A stretch of DNA of 64,000 nt from Spongospora subterranea f. sp. subterranea (lineage: Eukaryota), in NCBI GenBank assembly GCA_049724395.1, contig JAUGWO010000068.1, positions 1 through 64,000 on the forward strand, read 5' to 3'. A program made the translations under genes and the position numbers. The notes beneath the pieces are model-generated. The model searched no databases. It was not told the DNA's origin and was given only the letters and a program-made list of their open reading frames with translations. Each line of letters starts with the position of its first letter. Within the stretch, counting starts at the first letter, position 1. Shown piece by piece: positions 49,366 through 62,900 of the stretch.

Positions 49366-52300
49366 TCAGTTTGGAAGAACGCCGACGCGAACGGTTTCCC
49401 TTGGCGGGGATTCCAGAAGTTTGGGCGGTCGAACGCTATCGAACCAGACGTCCTTCAGCGCCTGCGTGGCGCTCGGGCGCTTCATCGGTTGACTGGACAG
49501 CAGGGCGCGTAGCAGGCGTTTCGCGTCCTTTGAGACCTTGTCCCAGGCCGGATCGCCCTCGAAAAACAACTTGCCGCGTATGATCTGACTCACAAAAATC
49601 AACATACGACGATCTTCAACGTGAAAACGAACCTTGTCCACGAGAGCGCCGCGTTCCTTGGCCCTGAACGGCAGATACCCGCGCAGCAACAGGTACATGA
49701 TGACGCCAACGCCCCAGATATCGACTTCTCGCCCATACCCGTGCGACAGGATCACTTCGGGCGCTAGGTACGCCATCGTCCCGCACTGTTGCTCTATCGT
49801 CTGATCCGGGATCGCAAACAGGCTCAGGCCGAAATCGGCAACCTGAACCCAAGTCAAAATGCGCAAATCGGTCAGGTGTTCGTCATCGTCGCCGGAATGG
49901 CGTTCGCAGCCGTACCTGAATATCGGAATCGGAATCGCGCGACGTCATCATGATGTTTGCCGGTTTGATATCCCTAGAACGTCAAACGATTCGGTGAAAA
50001 CCGGACCAGAGAAAACGGAGGTGGATTTACCGATGAACAATCCCGCGATCGTGCATGTACTGAATCGCCAACAGCAGGTTCCAGATCAAAAGTTTCGCCG
50101 TCGGCTCGTCCCAAACGCGCTTCTTCAGCACGCGTTCATACAGATCGCCGCCTGAACACGCGGCGAAAAACGTCAACGATGTCGCCCAGGGAAAGGGCGT
50201 GTGTGTTGTTGTCGGCGGCGATACCTTCAACAAGGGTCAGGACGATGTAGATCTTGCCCAGAGATTCGAACACCTGCTTGAGCTGGATGATGTTGGGATG
50301 GTGGACGAGCTGGAGCACGGCGATCTCGTTGCGCAGCAGCTCGCGCTGCCCATTCCGCACGCACGACTTGTCGATCAGCTTGACAGCGTAGCGCTTCCCG
50401 GTCGCCCGGTGCGTGCACCCGCAAACCGACGAGAACCGCCCGGAGCCGAGCTTCGACCCGAGCTGGAAATAATCCTGAAATCACCATAAATGTGTGAAAC
50501 GTTCCACGATTTGCGAGCGATGCGCGAACTTACATCAAACCGGAGCTGCGGCAACATCTGGGAGATGGCCTTGAACCAGTCGTCGCGAACCTGCTGGCTG
50601 TCGAAGTACAGGCAGCGGTTGACCAACCCGTCCTGAGACAGCATGATCTCCAGGCCGTATCGGGGCCCGTCGTGCGGCCGATCAGACTCCATCGGCTCCA
50701 CGAAACAACCTTCCAAGCAGACGATCGACGACGGGCGGATGTCGCGGTCGCTGTGGAACGCGTACAGGATGTTGCCTTTCAGCATGAACCAGCGATGTTT
50801 CAGGTTCTGAACGAGCGATCAATGTTCCGCCATCGCTCGCAAAAAAAACCTCAAACAGACGTTCCGGAAACAACGCGAGAACAGTTCACCTTGAACATGG
50901 TCCCAGCTAAGAAAAACCATCCTTCTTTGCGAATCGCTCTTCGTTTCTGGGATTCCGAGCGGATTGGACTAAGAAAACGGCCGCTGAAAACACCAACAAC
51001 AGCAACATTGTGGAGGGCGACGAGTACCGGGTCAGGTAGCCGACGGGCGGGTCAGCGATCAAATTGTGGCCGCAGTTCGGGCAGAAACGCAGGCGGATGA
51101 TGAACTCGTGCGTCTGGCAGCCATCGCAGTAGATGCGCGAACCGAGATTACGCAGGACGCAGCCGCACGAGCAGCAGTGGAAGATGTTCAGGTCATAGCC
51201 GCAATCGGGGCAGTCGAGCCGGGTCCAGGGCCTACGCGAACATTTCAGCGAACCTAATCGGTTGCGACATCGAGCGCTAGCGAAAATATTAAGGCCGAAC
51301 ACAACATTGAAAGGAGCAGAACGAGCACGGGCTCAACAAGACACCCCGAAACCAGTCATTGGGAACTGTGGAGAAAAAAACCGCTGGCCGATGTGAAAAA
51401 AGAAATGACTAGGCCGTACAATTCCCCATCCATTTTGGCCTTGCCTTGCTGTGCCGACTCTGAGGTCTGAACAGCGCGAATCCGCTCCTCGAAATCGTGA
51501 AACCTGAGAATACACAAGACGGGCGTTGGTGCTTCAATACGCTGGGAAAAACGTAACTTCCACCGAACGCGAAACAAAGGAAAAGTGATTTAATGATGAA
51601 ACCAAAAAATAACGCCCATATCTTGTCCAAAGACCAAAACAGAGAAGTGGTGCGAAAACTAGCCAATCGAATGGGATGAAAAAACGACTGACCTGACGTC
51701 ATCGGGACCGGGGCGCGATCCGAGTCGTTCCTTCAACTGCTAAAAACAACAGAGGGTCAGATGGCGTCTTCCGTTGCCAAATCGGAAACCGTGCACGATC
51801 CCCCCCAGACGTAATTGCGAAAACCAATTTCGCCAACGTAAACGAGAAATTCTGCGAAAGCGAATACAACTGTCGAAAACCCCCAAAAAACGGAGCCGAA
51901 ATCGCAACGCAAACCAGTGTCAGTGGGAAAGAAACTGAAAAGAAGCTGGGAGGACGGCGATGACGTTTTCCCTGGCGACATCCGGCCCGTACCTGGTTGG
52001 CGGAATCTTCCATGAACAAGTGAGGCGAGCGGCGGTCGTCGGAGCGGCGCGCCACCGGGCCCTTCCGGTTGATGACGGACTGGGCGATGGGGCTGCTGGT
52101 AACCACGAAGTCGAACAGGTCCAGGGAGTCGATATTGTTCACGACCTGCGTTCAAGGGAATTCAGAAACGCGGCAAAGGGAAACCAACCGGCGACACGGA
52201 ACTGGCGAAACAAAGCAGAGCAAAATGTGTTGTTGAAAACACCAGAACGCCTCGGGTTGGCGACAAAACGCGAAACCACACTGAATCACTAACCCATGTT

Positions 52301-53196
52301 GTGAAATCTTCTTTGGAAAGAAGCTGGTCGTCACGATTGGCGAATGCTGCGTCGACCAGCTCAACGACCTGGAAATCGTAGTGTCAGAACACGGGACAGA
52401 AGCGAGGACGCTCTGAGATACGAACGCGGCCGTTGATCGCGTCCGCGATATCTTTCTGTATGGTCGCGTCGTCGCTGGCATCGAGGATAAGGTAGGCGGC
52501 GAACATCACCGAGTTCACAATCGCCATCATCGCAGTCCGACTGATTAAGCCGCGATTGCCGACGTCGTAAATCGAGAAGACGAAATCAATCTGCGAATCC
52601 ATTTTGAGCAGAAACAGCGGCCGCATCCGATCACGTTGAATCAAACAATTCGAAATTTTGCAAAATAACACAGCACAGAACAATTCGTCTTTTTTGAAAA
52701 TACAGATTGGGCAACTCAAACAATTCGCCAGTTTGAAAAAACAAAATGGAACGGAGAAATAAACCGGCAATAGCTTATCAGAGCTGAGAACGAAAATCGA
52801 AAACCGCAGATGGACAACAGAGAAGGTGAACAAGTTCGCCTTCTCTTCGAGCGATCCTCGGATAACGAACCCCAAACCGGCGATGAACTCCTCGTAGTCG
52901 ATCGAGCCCGTGTGGTTTCGGTCGAAGGCGGCGAACAGGCGATCGCCCAAGATGCCGGGCATGCGGAACACCTTCGTGAACGTGTCCTTGTCGATCGTCT
53001 TCCCCAGACTGCGCCGCGCCAGATCGTGGAACGCGTGCTGGAGCACGGCGACCTCTTCGTCGTCAACTACGGGCCAAGCTCGATTCAGAATCGTGCGAAA
53101 ATACATACGAAAACAGTCGGAGCAGAAAACGGCGATGAACGGACAGAGGTTCTTGGGTGTCGTGAAAGTCAGAGGGAGGCATGATCGATTGCCCAT
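49366..53196 (-). CDS. EF-hand / zinc-ribbon / PH / kinase, paralogue 3
   Basis: MGNRSC; EF loops DRNHTGSIDYEE and DVGNRGLISRTA; CPDC...CCSC...CDGC...CPNC; PH (ILYAFHSD...RDDWFKAI); kinase LGSGRFSSV, HR|DIKPAN, DFG, YLAPE, VDIWGVG. Confidence 0.9.
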
Positions 53197-53664
53197 TTCG
53201 GCAATCAATCACGATGCGGCCAGGATCCGATCCAGGAAGACGACGAGTAAAGAAATGTTATGAAAGGAGGATGACCTTGACAGGCCACCACATATTTCAG
53301 CAGCGGTAGGTCCGGAAACCACTCATTCCGGAACATGTCGAGAGCCCATCGATCCGCAGCGGAAAAGTGGCGGCAACCATGGACGTTCGGCAGCGGATGG
53401 AAATCAGTTCTTCGTAATTCGTCGAAAAACACGAAAATTTCCATTAACCGACCAATGCCATGCGCGGTGTCACCACAAAAAAATTGTCGAAAGGCAATAA
53501 TTCATACGGCGAGTGATCATGGTTGGCTAGATGGACACCACGAGCGTACAATCTCAGGAATTCTATGTGTCAGCAAAATCGCGATCATTCGGCACTACAG
53601 GCTAACAAAAATCACTCCGGCTGAAATAAACTGAGAGAACCCTGATTTTGATAATGATTATATA

Positions 53665-54667
53665 TTACACCATTCCATAATCGGCGAGCAGAGCATCAGG
53701 AGGGAACAGGCCCAGGTCAGACAGAATCTTCCGCCTGAACTGTTTTCGCTGTTCCGATTGGGATAATTGTGGAGCAGGTTCTGGCATTGACCGTCCACGT
53801 TTTTTCGACGTTGACCGAGAATGTTTGATATCACGATCATCCTAGCGAATGCAGCCCAACAAAATCAATGTTTCGGTATCAAGAAATATCGAAACAACCG
53901 TCAGACTAAAATACAGTTTGCAACAAGGAACATATATAAACATTTGAAAAGGAACAAGTATATGGGAAACCAACGAGAACACAGATCATCATAAACGAAA
54001 ATACCAATTCAAATTGTGCTTCGTCGATGAAAAGCTGGCCATTCTTGACTCGCTCCGCTTCACGAATTGCGCGTCGCAAGGATTTCAGCATGGGTCGTTT
54101 CGAGTGGCGAGGAACATGGTTGGCGAGCGGGATCAGGTTCTGTGGCTCGATGATTTCGTAGTCATGATTGCCGAAACAAAAAACTACGACTCCTTTTCCT
54201 CCCAGGGCGTTGATAACGCTTTGAGAAGCAATCCCAGGTCCAGATATCTGAAAATGAACCCGATGGAAATTCAGAAAAGGGGAAATTATAGCACAAGGAT
54301 TATTATAGTCAACAGCTCCAAGAAATTTCTTCGTCAGACATTTTCATATTTAGCGGAACAGGTTACCAGTTTTGAAACTGAAGAGGCGATGGATTGAAAA
54401 CATCGCAACCGTAACAATAGAAACTATTACCCTGCCAGGCCAACTAGAATGGCCTTTTCTTCGAAAGTAAATCAAATCACCATACGTGAGCCCCGCTGGT
54501 GGCTCGACCAGAGTTAGTTTCCCGGACGGGTTGGGCGCGGCTGGGGCGGTCATCTCGGGGGCGGGTGGCGCGACCAGCGTCGGTATTTCGGGTGCGGCGG
54601 GCTCGGGCGCATCCCCAGCGATCGAGTCCAGCGGGCACCCGGCTTCCTCTACCTGCTCTGGGTCCAT
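53665..54667 (-). CDS. Small PWWP-domain protein, 3 exons
   Basis: Pro/Ala-rich N-terminus; YGDLIYFRRKGHSSWPGR spliced to ...VVVFCFGNHDYEIIEPQNLIPL...LRRAIREAE; basic tail KKRGRS...FRRK. Confidence 0.75.
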
Positions 54668-55420
54668 CACCACCGACACAGACGATAAACAAATGAGGTC
54701 GTGTCTGTCAAAAGTCCCAATCGCGATCGGACCACGCAGTTGTACAACGTTTCCTCACTGCACCGATCGGTATCGAAACGCGCCTCATTTCTGGCACAGC
54801 TGCACTGTTCGACTCCATCAATTTTCTTGACGCGTCGTTTACGAGAAATTCGTTGCGACGCTTCTGTCAAAGTTGTGCCATTCCGACAAATATCTCGGCC
54901 TGGACAACGACCTTGTAATCGCGATTTTTAGAAGACCATCACCCGGCCAACGCAATTCCCAAACCGCGATTCTGCTTGACCCCCGAACACAACTCCTTCT
55001 TTAAGAGGACAGACAACGCCAAGTCCCAGGGAGGAAGGTCCAATCATTGGGATCGGATCTAGGAGATTATAACGTGAAGAATTGTAACTTCTTTTTTGCC
55101 AATTTGTTTGATTGTGTTTTCCTCTTTCTCGGGGAGACCTTACGGAACCTTTGGCAGTTTCCTGCTTATCCTTGGATTTCTTTGTTGATTAAAAGTTAAA
55201 TTTGTATTTACACCGCCGTTCTTGTAATTATTCTTTCTGGTCTTCGATATTTGATTCGATATTTTACAGTTTAGTTTCTAGCTAAAATACTAATGATTGT
55301 TATCGAAGTGTGAACCCACAAAGTCTCTATGGAATATCTCTTTGAGGTGATGTATTTACATACGAATTTACTACACTGACGAAGAACTTCAACGGTCCGG
55401 GCTTTGGTGTGACACGTTGA

Positions 55421-58400
55421 TTAGTTTGGCGAAAAAGTTGATTGAAAACAGCGCGAAAACGATGTTGTAGAATCTGATGAAGCTTTGTTGACAAGCAAGC
55501 GAGGGCTCTGATATGACAAAAAACAGCAGTATTTATGAGATAGGTGGTTCTTTCTGGACAAGGACAACGTCACCAGACATCGAAAGAAACGCAATATACT
55601 TGATCCCGGCGCGGCTGAGCGATTGTGAACTGCCCGACCGAATAACTCAACAGGCAGTTTCCGCCTGCAATGACATAACATGAACTCTTCAAATAAATCA
55701 ACGAAAAATTGAAAAAAACAAAGGTGGGCAAAGAAGACGATTCAACACAAATCAAAACGATGAAACGAGCAATACCTCGGGCAACAACATTAGCACGTAA
55801 AACAGAGTGAGCTTCGGCCAAAAACTGATGCGCATAGCGAGCTAGACCCGATTCATCGTGCGAAAGCCAACGTTCGTTAATGAAATGCAGATGGACGCGG
55901 CCCAGGTGCTTGACGTGCTGTGTGCCCGCTGGGCAACGCTCCAAAGCCGATATGGTCACCTGCTGTGGGTGATCGCGCCATTCCAACGGTTGATCGGGAA
56001 ACACGAGCAGCCGCGGCCATGAAGCTGTGGGCGGTGACTGAGATGTTCCCGAACTGTCAATATGCGGTTTGTTCGGAGATAATTGCGACACCCATTGGTT
56101 GGCACTTCCCAATGAATGCGACCGCTTGATTTGAATTGGAACCGATTCCGTCTGCGACTCAAGCTTGACTGCCTGAGCGGTCACAATAATATCAATCTGA
56201 TCGTCGTCCGGAATGGCGATTCGCGCCTGGATACATGTCAAAGCCAGGGGCCGCGACTGCCGCACCGAGAACGCCAGCCGGGCCTGCAGGTCATGGAACG
56301 CAGACGCCAGATAATGGTTGAGCTGCGAGGTGGACACAGGGCAAATCACGCGCCGAAACAACGTCAAGGAACCTAAATCGGCAACAACACCTTGGCCAGG
56401 TCCGATTCCATCACAATTTGCAAAAACAATATCATCAGGTGGAGATGGATCCATCCTAAATGTGCTCAATGAAAAGAGCATAGAAGAATCAGAATTCTGC
56501 TTACAAAGAGCTGACCACGTCTTCATCATACTCATCGTCGATCTGTAAAACGACCGTTTGCCTTGCAGAGTCATCAATAACGCTGCAATCATCATTGTCA
56601 TCACTGGAAAACGCATCGTCGAACAGGTTCCTGGACATTGCCCGCTTTCTTTGCCTTTCCTCATGTTGCTGGCAATTTCGTTCGCTGACAGCGACGATGA
56701 GATTCTGCGAATCGATTATGGTGGGGTCCGAAATTGTGTTCCTGGAAATGCGCAAAGGGGGTGGCGCAGGCAGAGCGTCTAAAAACGCTGCAGACGCCGT
56801 GGCGATGGCCACAATCAAATTTTCCCCAACAGTTAATCGAACACGCAGGGCAAACGCTGCATTCATGCCCAGAAGTCGCAACTTGTACATTAATTGCCGG
56901 TGCAGATCGAACTCAAGGAATGGAATTGCTTCTGACACCAATGTGGCGTTCGCCTCGCCTTGACTTTTTCGTTTCGGACGCACCACGCGCGCCTCCACCA
57001 TCTGGCAAGGTTCGTTGATGGGAAAACGATCCTGGCCGGGTATCAGCGTGGCTAATAAAGTGTCCGGGACCAGATGACGCCCACAGAACGCACATGGCAC
57101 TAAGTTCATCCTGAATGGAGCTGTGTCGCGGGAGTACGTGATGTGGCATGACCGACACGCTCGACGATGCCTCCTCGAACCGATTTTCTTCCCCGGCGGT
57201 GACACCGATGCCTCTGAACAATGGCTTCGTGATGAGAATGTGGCGACATGCGGTCACATCTTATTGCGATGCCAAAATTAGCTTAATCAAAACCAAAAAA
57301 AAATATTTCATTTAGGTAAATGATAAAGTAGAGATGCAAAATACTGAACCAGACGTATTTGAAAGCAAATGTTAGAAAAATAAAACATCAAACATATATT
57401 CAGCAAAAAAACAACTTCTTCGTTTGGAGTTCACACTGGGCGACGTCGGTTTAAGGTCGCATGACACTGCCGTGCCGATTGCCGATAGAACACAAATGTC
57501 CCCCTCGACGATGGATGTCGTCTCTGAATACCCCAAAACCACATGGCAGTTGAGAGCGCGCGCGTGTGATCGGATCTCATTACGGAGCTCCTGCCACCTA
57601 TGCGCTGTCCCATCAGAAAATTCACGCGGTGATTTGTTGATCAAAAGAAATACAACCATTGGTCGCGTAGCTCTTTTTCTGTGTTCTTATGTGCGAGGAG
57701 TTTGACGGACCTGGCAGAAACAACACCACCGACTCGCATGTCGAACTTGTCGGGAAGAAATGTCAGTGTGAGCAGCAGAACACCTTTGAGGATGGTGCGT
57801 TGGAGATTCAGTAGAGAGATCAGATCGACATCGACCACGGTAGGGCTGCCGAACGGCGGAGCTACGCTAGCGACGGAGGTATTGAGAAGATCAGCGGCCG
57901 TTGAAGGAACCGGACATTGCGTGTGCAAGGGGTCGACCATTGGAGAGTTGTGCATGCGAGGCGATGGAGCAGGATGAAGTTTTCGCTCAATAGTACACGC
58001 TGTGCCCAGACCACGCGCTATGATGCCTCCTTCACCTTCGAAATCAAACTACGAAACGGTTCACATAAATGCGGTCGCTTATCAAAACAGAAATGACATT
58101 ACATTAGGAGTTTCAAAATGAAAGAGAAAAAGGCAATGGTAAAAGAACATGACGACATCATGATGCAGAAACGGAATTGGAAGACAGAAAGACTTCAGGT
58201 GACATTTATACTGTTAATCAGTTACCTCCAGTCTGTAGGCGAGAACCGCGTTGCCCCCGACTTCCAAAGCCTTGCTTCCAACATTTCGCCTGATAGTACT
58301 GGCCAGCTGATGTAGCAACAGCATACGCGCCTCATTGGATGTCCTTGAAGTGCGGAATGTGTCAGCCCAGTGATACTCAGGATCGGCAGCCATGACCAGC

Positions 58401-59685
58401 TCTTCACAAACCCCATTCATGCTGATCACTTCATATTCCGTATCCTGTAATCGTGAAGCGGAAAAAACTAAAAAAAAAACAGGTTAGATTCTGCTATGAT
58501 CCGTATCAATCACTTTAAATAGTGTGGACTAAATTTTGAATACGTAAAAACGTTGCTTACGAACCACAATCCATGGAACATACTGGTGAAAATTTGGAAA
58601 CACGTCCAATGGAGCCGAATGATAAGCTGAAAGAAAGAAAACTGTAGCAAAAAACTCAAACAAGCATTCATCACATTGAACGCTGACGTAGTGTGTGTGT
58701 TTGAAGGTGATGATGCTTCATGATAACGTACACACAACCCCGGCGGCACTGCTCTTAAACGCTGTTGAACCATGTCAATGTCGGTTTGGCGTTCCAACCA
58801 TGAAAAACAGAACGAACGGTTAACGTCGCCAAAAAACTGGAGCTGGACGTGGACGTAGAGAAATCCGCGCACGCCCCTCAGTGTGTCGAAGATGGGATAC
58901 CAGCCTTTCAGCTCCATGGCAACGACCAGCAAACAGTTCAGATCCAGGATCACTACGCTGCCATAGAACAAAAAAGTCAAATTCACTGGTGTTTAACAAA
59001 TTGGATCAACATTGAATAAACGCTGAAAAAATTGTGGAATATCGTAGAGAGTATGCCGGATCTTGATGTAAAGTCCAAACTTCTCAACAACACCAATTGT
59101 GGTTTAGGGATGATAATCATAAGACCAACCAACAGCGGACAAAAAGGAATATCTCGAGCTGAAACTGAAACAAAGCACGAAAATACCCAATCGTGTTATC
59201 TGATGAGTAGATATCTTTATCAAGAATAGTTAGCCGGATCGGCTCATCCTGTGAAGATGGCGTCAGACGTAGCTGATGGCGATTCATTGTAGTCTAGCAA
59301 CGAATGACGGAATACCTGCAGGACTGTGTCTTCGGGGACATCGACACGAAACAGATGATCCCATTTTGGATGCAAACTACAGCGTTTGTTACCGATTGAT
59401 GATCAGAAACACGTAAATACATTCAGTCGGTAAAAAAATACAATACGTGAGGACAAATCATCGGTGATTTCACAACGTGAACAACAAGGAATGAATGATA
59501 AATCTGAATCGTTAAGTAAAACCGAAAAAAAAAACTATGATGACTGACGTTTTCCGGCAGATCGGCGTCTTATCGGTATGTTCGCCAAAGGACATGGAGA
59601 CATAGGCGTCGGTGAGGCCGCTTTTCCTGTCCATGACGGGAAGGTCCCTTGCCTCCACAATCCGGAGCTTGATTGTCGACGGCAT
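55421..59685 (-). CDS. C2CD5: C2 domain-containing protein 5 homologue (KIAA0528/CDP138), multi-exon; 3' end uncertain
   Basis: MPSTIKLRIVEARDLPVMDRKSGLTDAYV (C2), GWYPIFDTLRGVRG, EELVMAADPEYHWADTFRTSRTSNEAR, GGNAVLAYR, GGVVSARSVKLL, WQELRNEIRSHARAL and PFLEFDLHRQLMYKL. Confidence 0.9.
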
Positions 59686-59919
59686 GGTTCCCCGTTTGGA
59701 TGCTGGAATCAAACGCAGAGCCGGGCGGCGGCCACCCTGTTAATGAGACCCAGCGATTGTTGGAATGGTCTGTCGCAGGACCTAAAACATGCGCCACAGT
59801 CTCCCGCGATATCGAACACGGTTTCTGGTCGCGACAATGACAATCTGCACAGTGATAATATATTGTCAAACAAATTGGATGTATTGAAAGTGGAAATACG
59901 GATATCGAGCAAAACGTGG

Positions 59920-62900
59920 CTATGTCAAATCCTGCAATGTGATATTACAGTCGAGCAAATCTTTCTCGGCGAGCTTTAATGCGCCATCTCGAAGGTCATT
60001 GTCCTTGATAGTGGCCAGATATTCCATGATTTTTACTATCATGAACCGTCGTAGGCCAGCTCTCCAGGCTTCTTGCCCTTGAAAAACATGCCCACGACCA
60101 GGATTATAGTGGCACTGTGCAACATGCGCATGGGCATCACTGCCACAATCTTTGAGACAAAATGCACAGAAGGGACAACCACAGTTGTTGCAGGTTAATG
60201 CACAACATCCATCGAAGTCGATGAAGGCTTGACTGCATCGAGGACATGACGGTGTCAATAAGACACAGATATTTTCCCGAGCCTTCTCGGCCGGTGTTAA
60301 TCTCATTCGGCGAATTGATTCGGTTTTAACGCGACGCTCGAACGTGATTTCATATTCCTCGACTATCGATTTTTCTTGAAGTCGTTGTTGAGCTTTGAGG
60401 AATTTGGAAAACGACTCCGGATGAGCGTATCTGCCGATGGCTTCAATTGGGAACGGCGGTGAAGAGCAATTATCGGTGCGCGAGAACGGACAGCAAATCT
60501 GGCCGCAGCGTTTGACATGTAAAGCGAGATCGCAATCGGATTCACTGGCAACATGACAGCTAAAACAGTCCTTACAAAGGAAATGGGACGGAGAGCCACC
60601 GCACATTACGCCATCAGATCGCTTACAACTATCAAAACAGACTCCACATTCAGCACCTACTGAGAGATTTCGAAGTTGTTCTGTCAATGATAGCGCAATC
60701 TGTAGCCGATCAACTTCATTCTGTTGGTCGTCGCCGCATCGCTCAACAAGATCCTCGGCGAGTAGCGCTGATTCTTTCAGATAGATCTCGTTATCTGCTT
60801 GGATTTGCATCGTTTTCTCTTTGGCGGCATTCACCATCCGCTTCAGCCTGTCCTCTTCTTTAGCACGTTTTGCCTCTGTCTCTTCATAGCATTTCCGAAT
60901 GTTTTCTGCAACGTTCGCGGCGATCCGTTGGCGGGCCAACTGCGCCTCGTGTTCCGTCCTCCGTTTCTGATTGAGCGCTTGCATCAATTCCGCCTCGGCG
61001 TCTCCTTTCGATTTGGAAATCGACAAATTCGCCGCAATAATGGCGTTTTCCGCATCGATATCGAGCAGTTTTCGAGCTTGTTCTTCCATCAGATCGGCAA
61101 ACTGTTGCACTTTCTGGATTTCGATCTCTTCTAAACGCTTTTCTCTGGCCAGCCTGATCTCGCATTGTCGACAACTAGCACGTTCAGCAGGTAAATAACA
61201 TGGACGAAGATAGTTCGAGGCACAAACGCCGCAAGTCTCAATCATTTGAACAAAACATTTCGGTGCCTTCGCCCAACATAAACGCTGAACCGGATGGCCC
61301 GATTCGCAAATTTCAGGAACGAGAACAGCACATTTGGCGTGGAAGGTCGCTTTCGGGTCGTGACATGAAGCCTGACAAGCGTGACCACACTTGAGAATAT
61401 CACCACAAGGAACCAGACATCCTCCCAGCGGCGCAAGCCGAGCAAAATCCTCCGGGGTCTTGATCAGTGACTTGGCACCGTGTCGTGGGCAGACGATTGG
61501 GACGCCATCGAAAACATCGCAACCATCTAGTACGTTTTGCCAGATTGAACTAGCTGTAGCAAAGCATTCTTTGTTGCCGAAGATGATTAGCGACGCTTTG
61601 GCTCGTGATAACAAAACGTTAACGCGCTCTTTTTGATTCAAAAACCCTATGCTGGCCCGATTATTGCTTCGAACTAGTGACACCAGAACAATCCATGATT
61701 CCTCTCCTTGAAAATTATCGACAGTTGACGCCCGAATCGCGATAGGTTGTTGCATATCGTTGGCAACATCGACGGCATCATCAATTAGGGCAAGCTCCAG
61801 CTCACGGACATCGCTTTTGCTGAGAATGGCGCTCATATTCTGTTGGCTGAGCACGCTCTTGATCTCCGCCAGTTGCCCCAGATATGGCGTTAGAATCACC
61901 ATTTCTTCGGAATTATACCCCTGTTGGCATAAATAGGCCGCAGTGCAAACGACGAATTGCGCTTCCAGCTTGTTCACTTTTGAGCAAGAATTGATGCGTT
62001 CATCAACGTCAATCTGATCACTCAATTCGGGGAAGGAGTGATTCACAAAAACCACGTCTTTTTGCAATCCAGTTATGTGATCATAGTTCTGTACCACATC
62101 GCCATCGGCCAAATTCTCGTAGCATAACTCGCGAACCATTTTCGATATCTGCGGGCGCATCCGGTGCTGTGTCTGCAAAGACGTGAACTTATGATTCTCG
62201 AGAATCAGGCGTTCGAATGTTGAGCGATTCAAGTCGAATCCGTTGCCGCTCTCCACTGTCAGTCGATAATCGCTCACTTTCGGCCGGAGTTGTTTGTGAT
62301 CACCAATCATGATGATATTGCGAACATGGTGGTTCAGGGCTGCGATGACGTTCGCTTCGAGAATTTCGGCAGCCTCTTCGATAATAAGCACATCACATGC
62401 GGCGTCATTGATCATAGAGCGGTACGTGGCAGCACCGGTGGCGGTACACCCGATAATGCGAGCCGTCTTTAGCTGATGCGAATGCCGTTTCCCATCGATA
62501 AGGTCTTTTTCTCTTTCCAGATTCCGTAGATCGTCGAAGTGCTCAGATAGTTTTTCCAGTCGTAAATCAATATTGTTTGGATTCCATTTCGCAGGGAGTG
62601 CATTGCCTTCATTGTTCGGTACTGTGGCTTCTCCATGAATCTTATGAAGAATGTCTCCGCGTCCGCGAATCCAACCGCCAGCATGTCCGATTAGAACATA
62701 TCCGTCATCGTCGACAACATCATCGTCAAAAAACTCCTCCATTTCGCTGTCAAGGTGAGAGGTAAGTTTCTGGCAAGTCGGGTCTAAGTCTTTTTCCAAT
62801 TGATGAAGGGTCTCAAAGACACCGTTCTTTGTCTGGGTGCGCTCTCCGCGAAGATCATTGATGCGGTTATAGCAAAAGTTTTCGTGCGTTGTGTGTGTGT

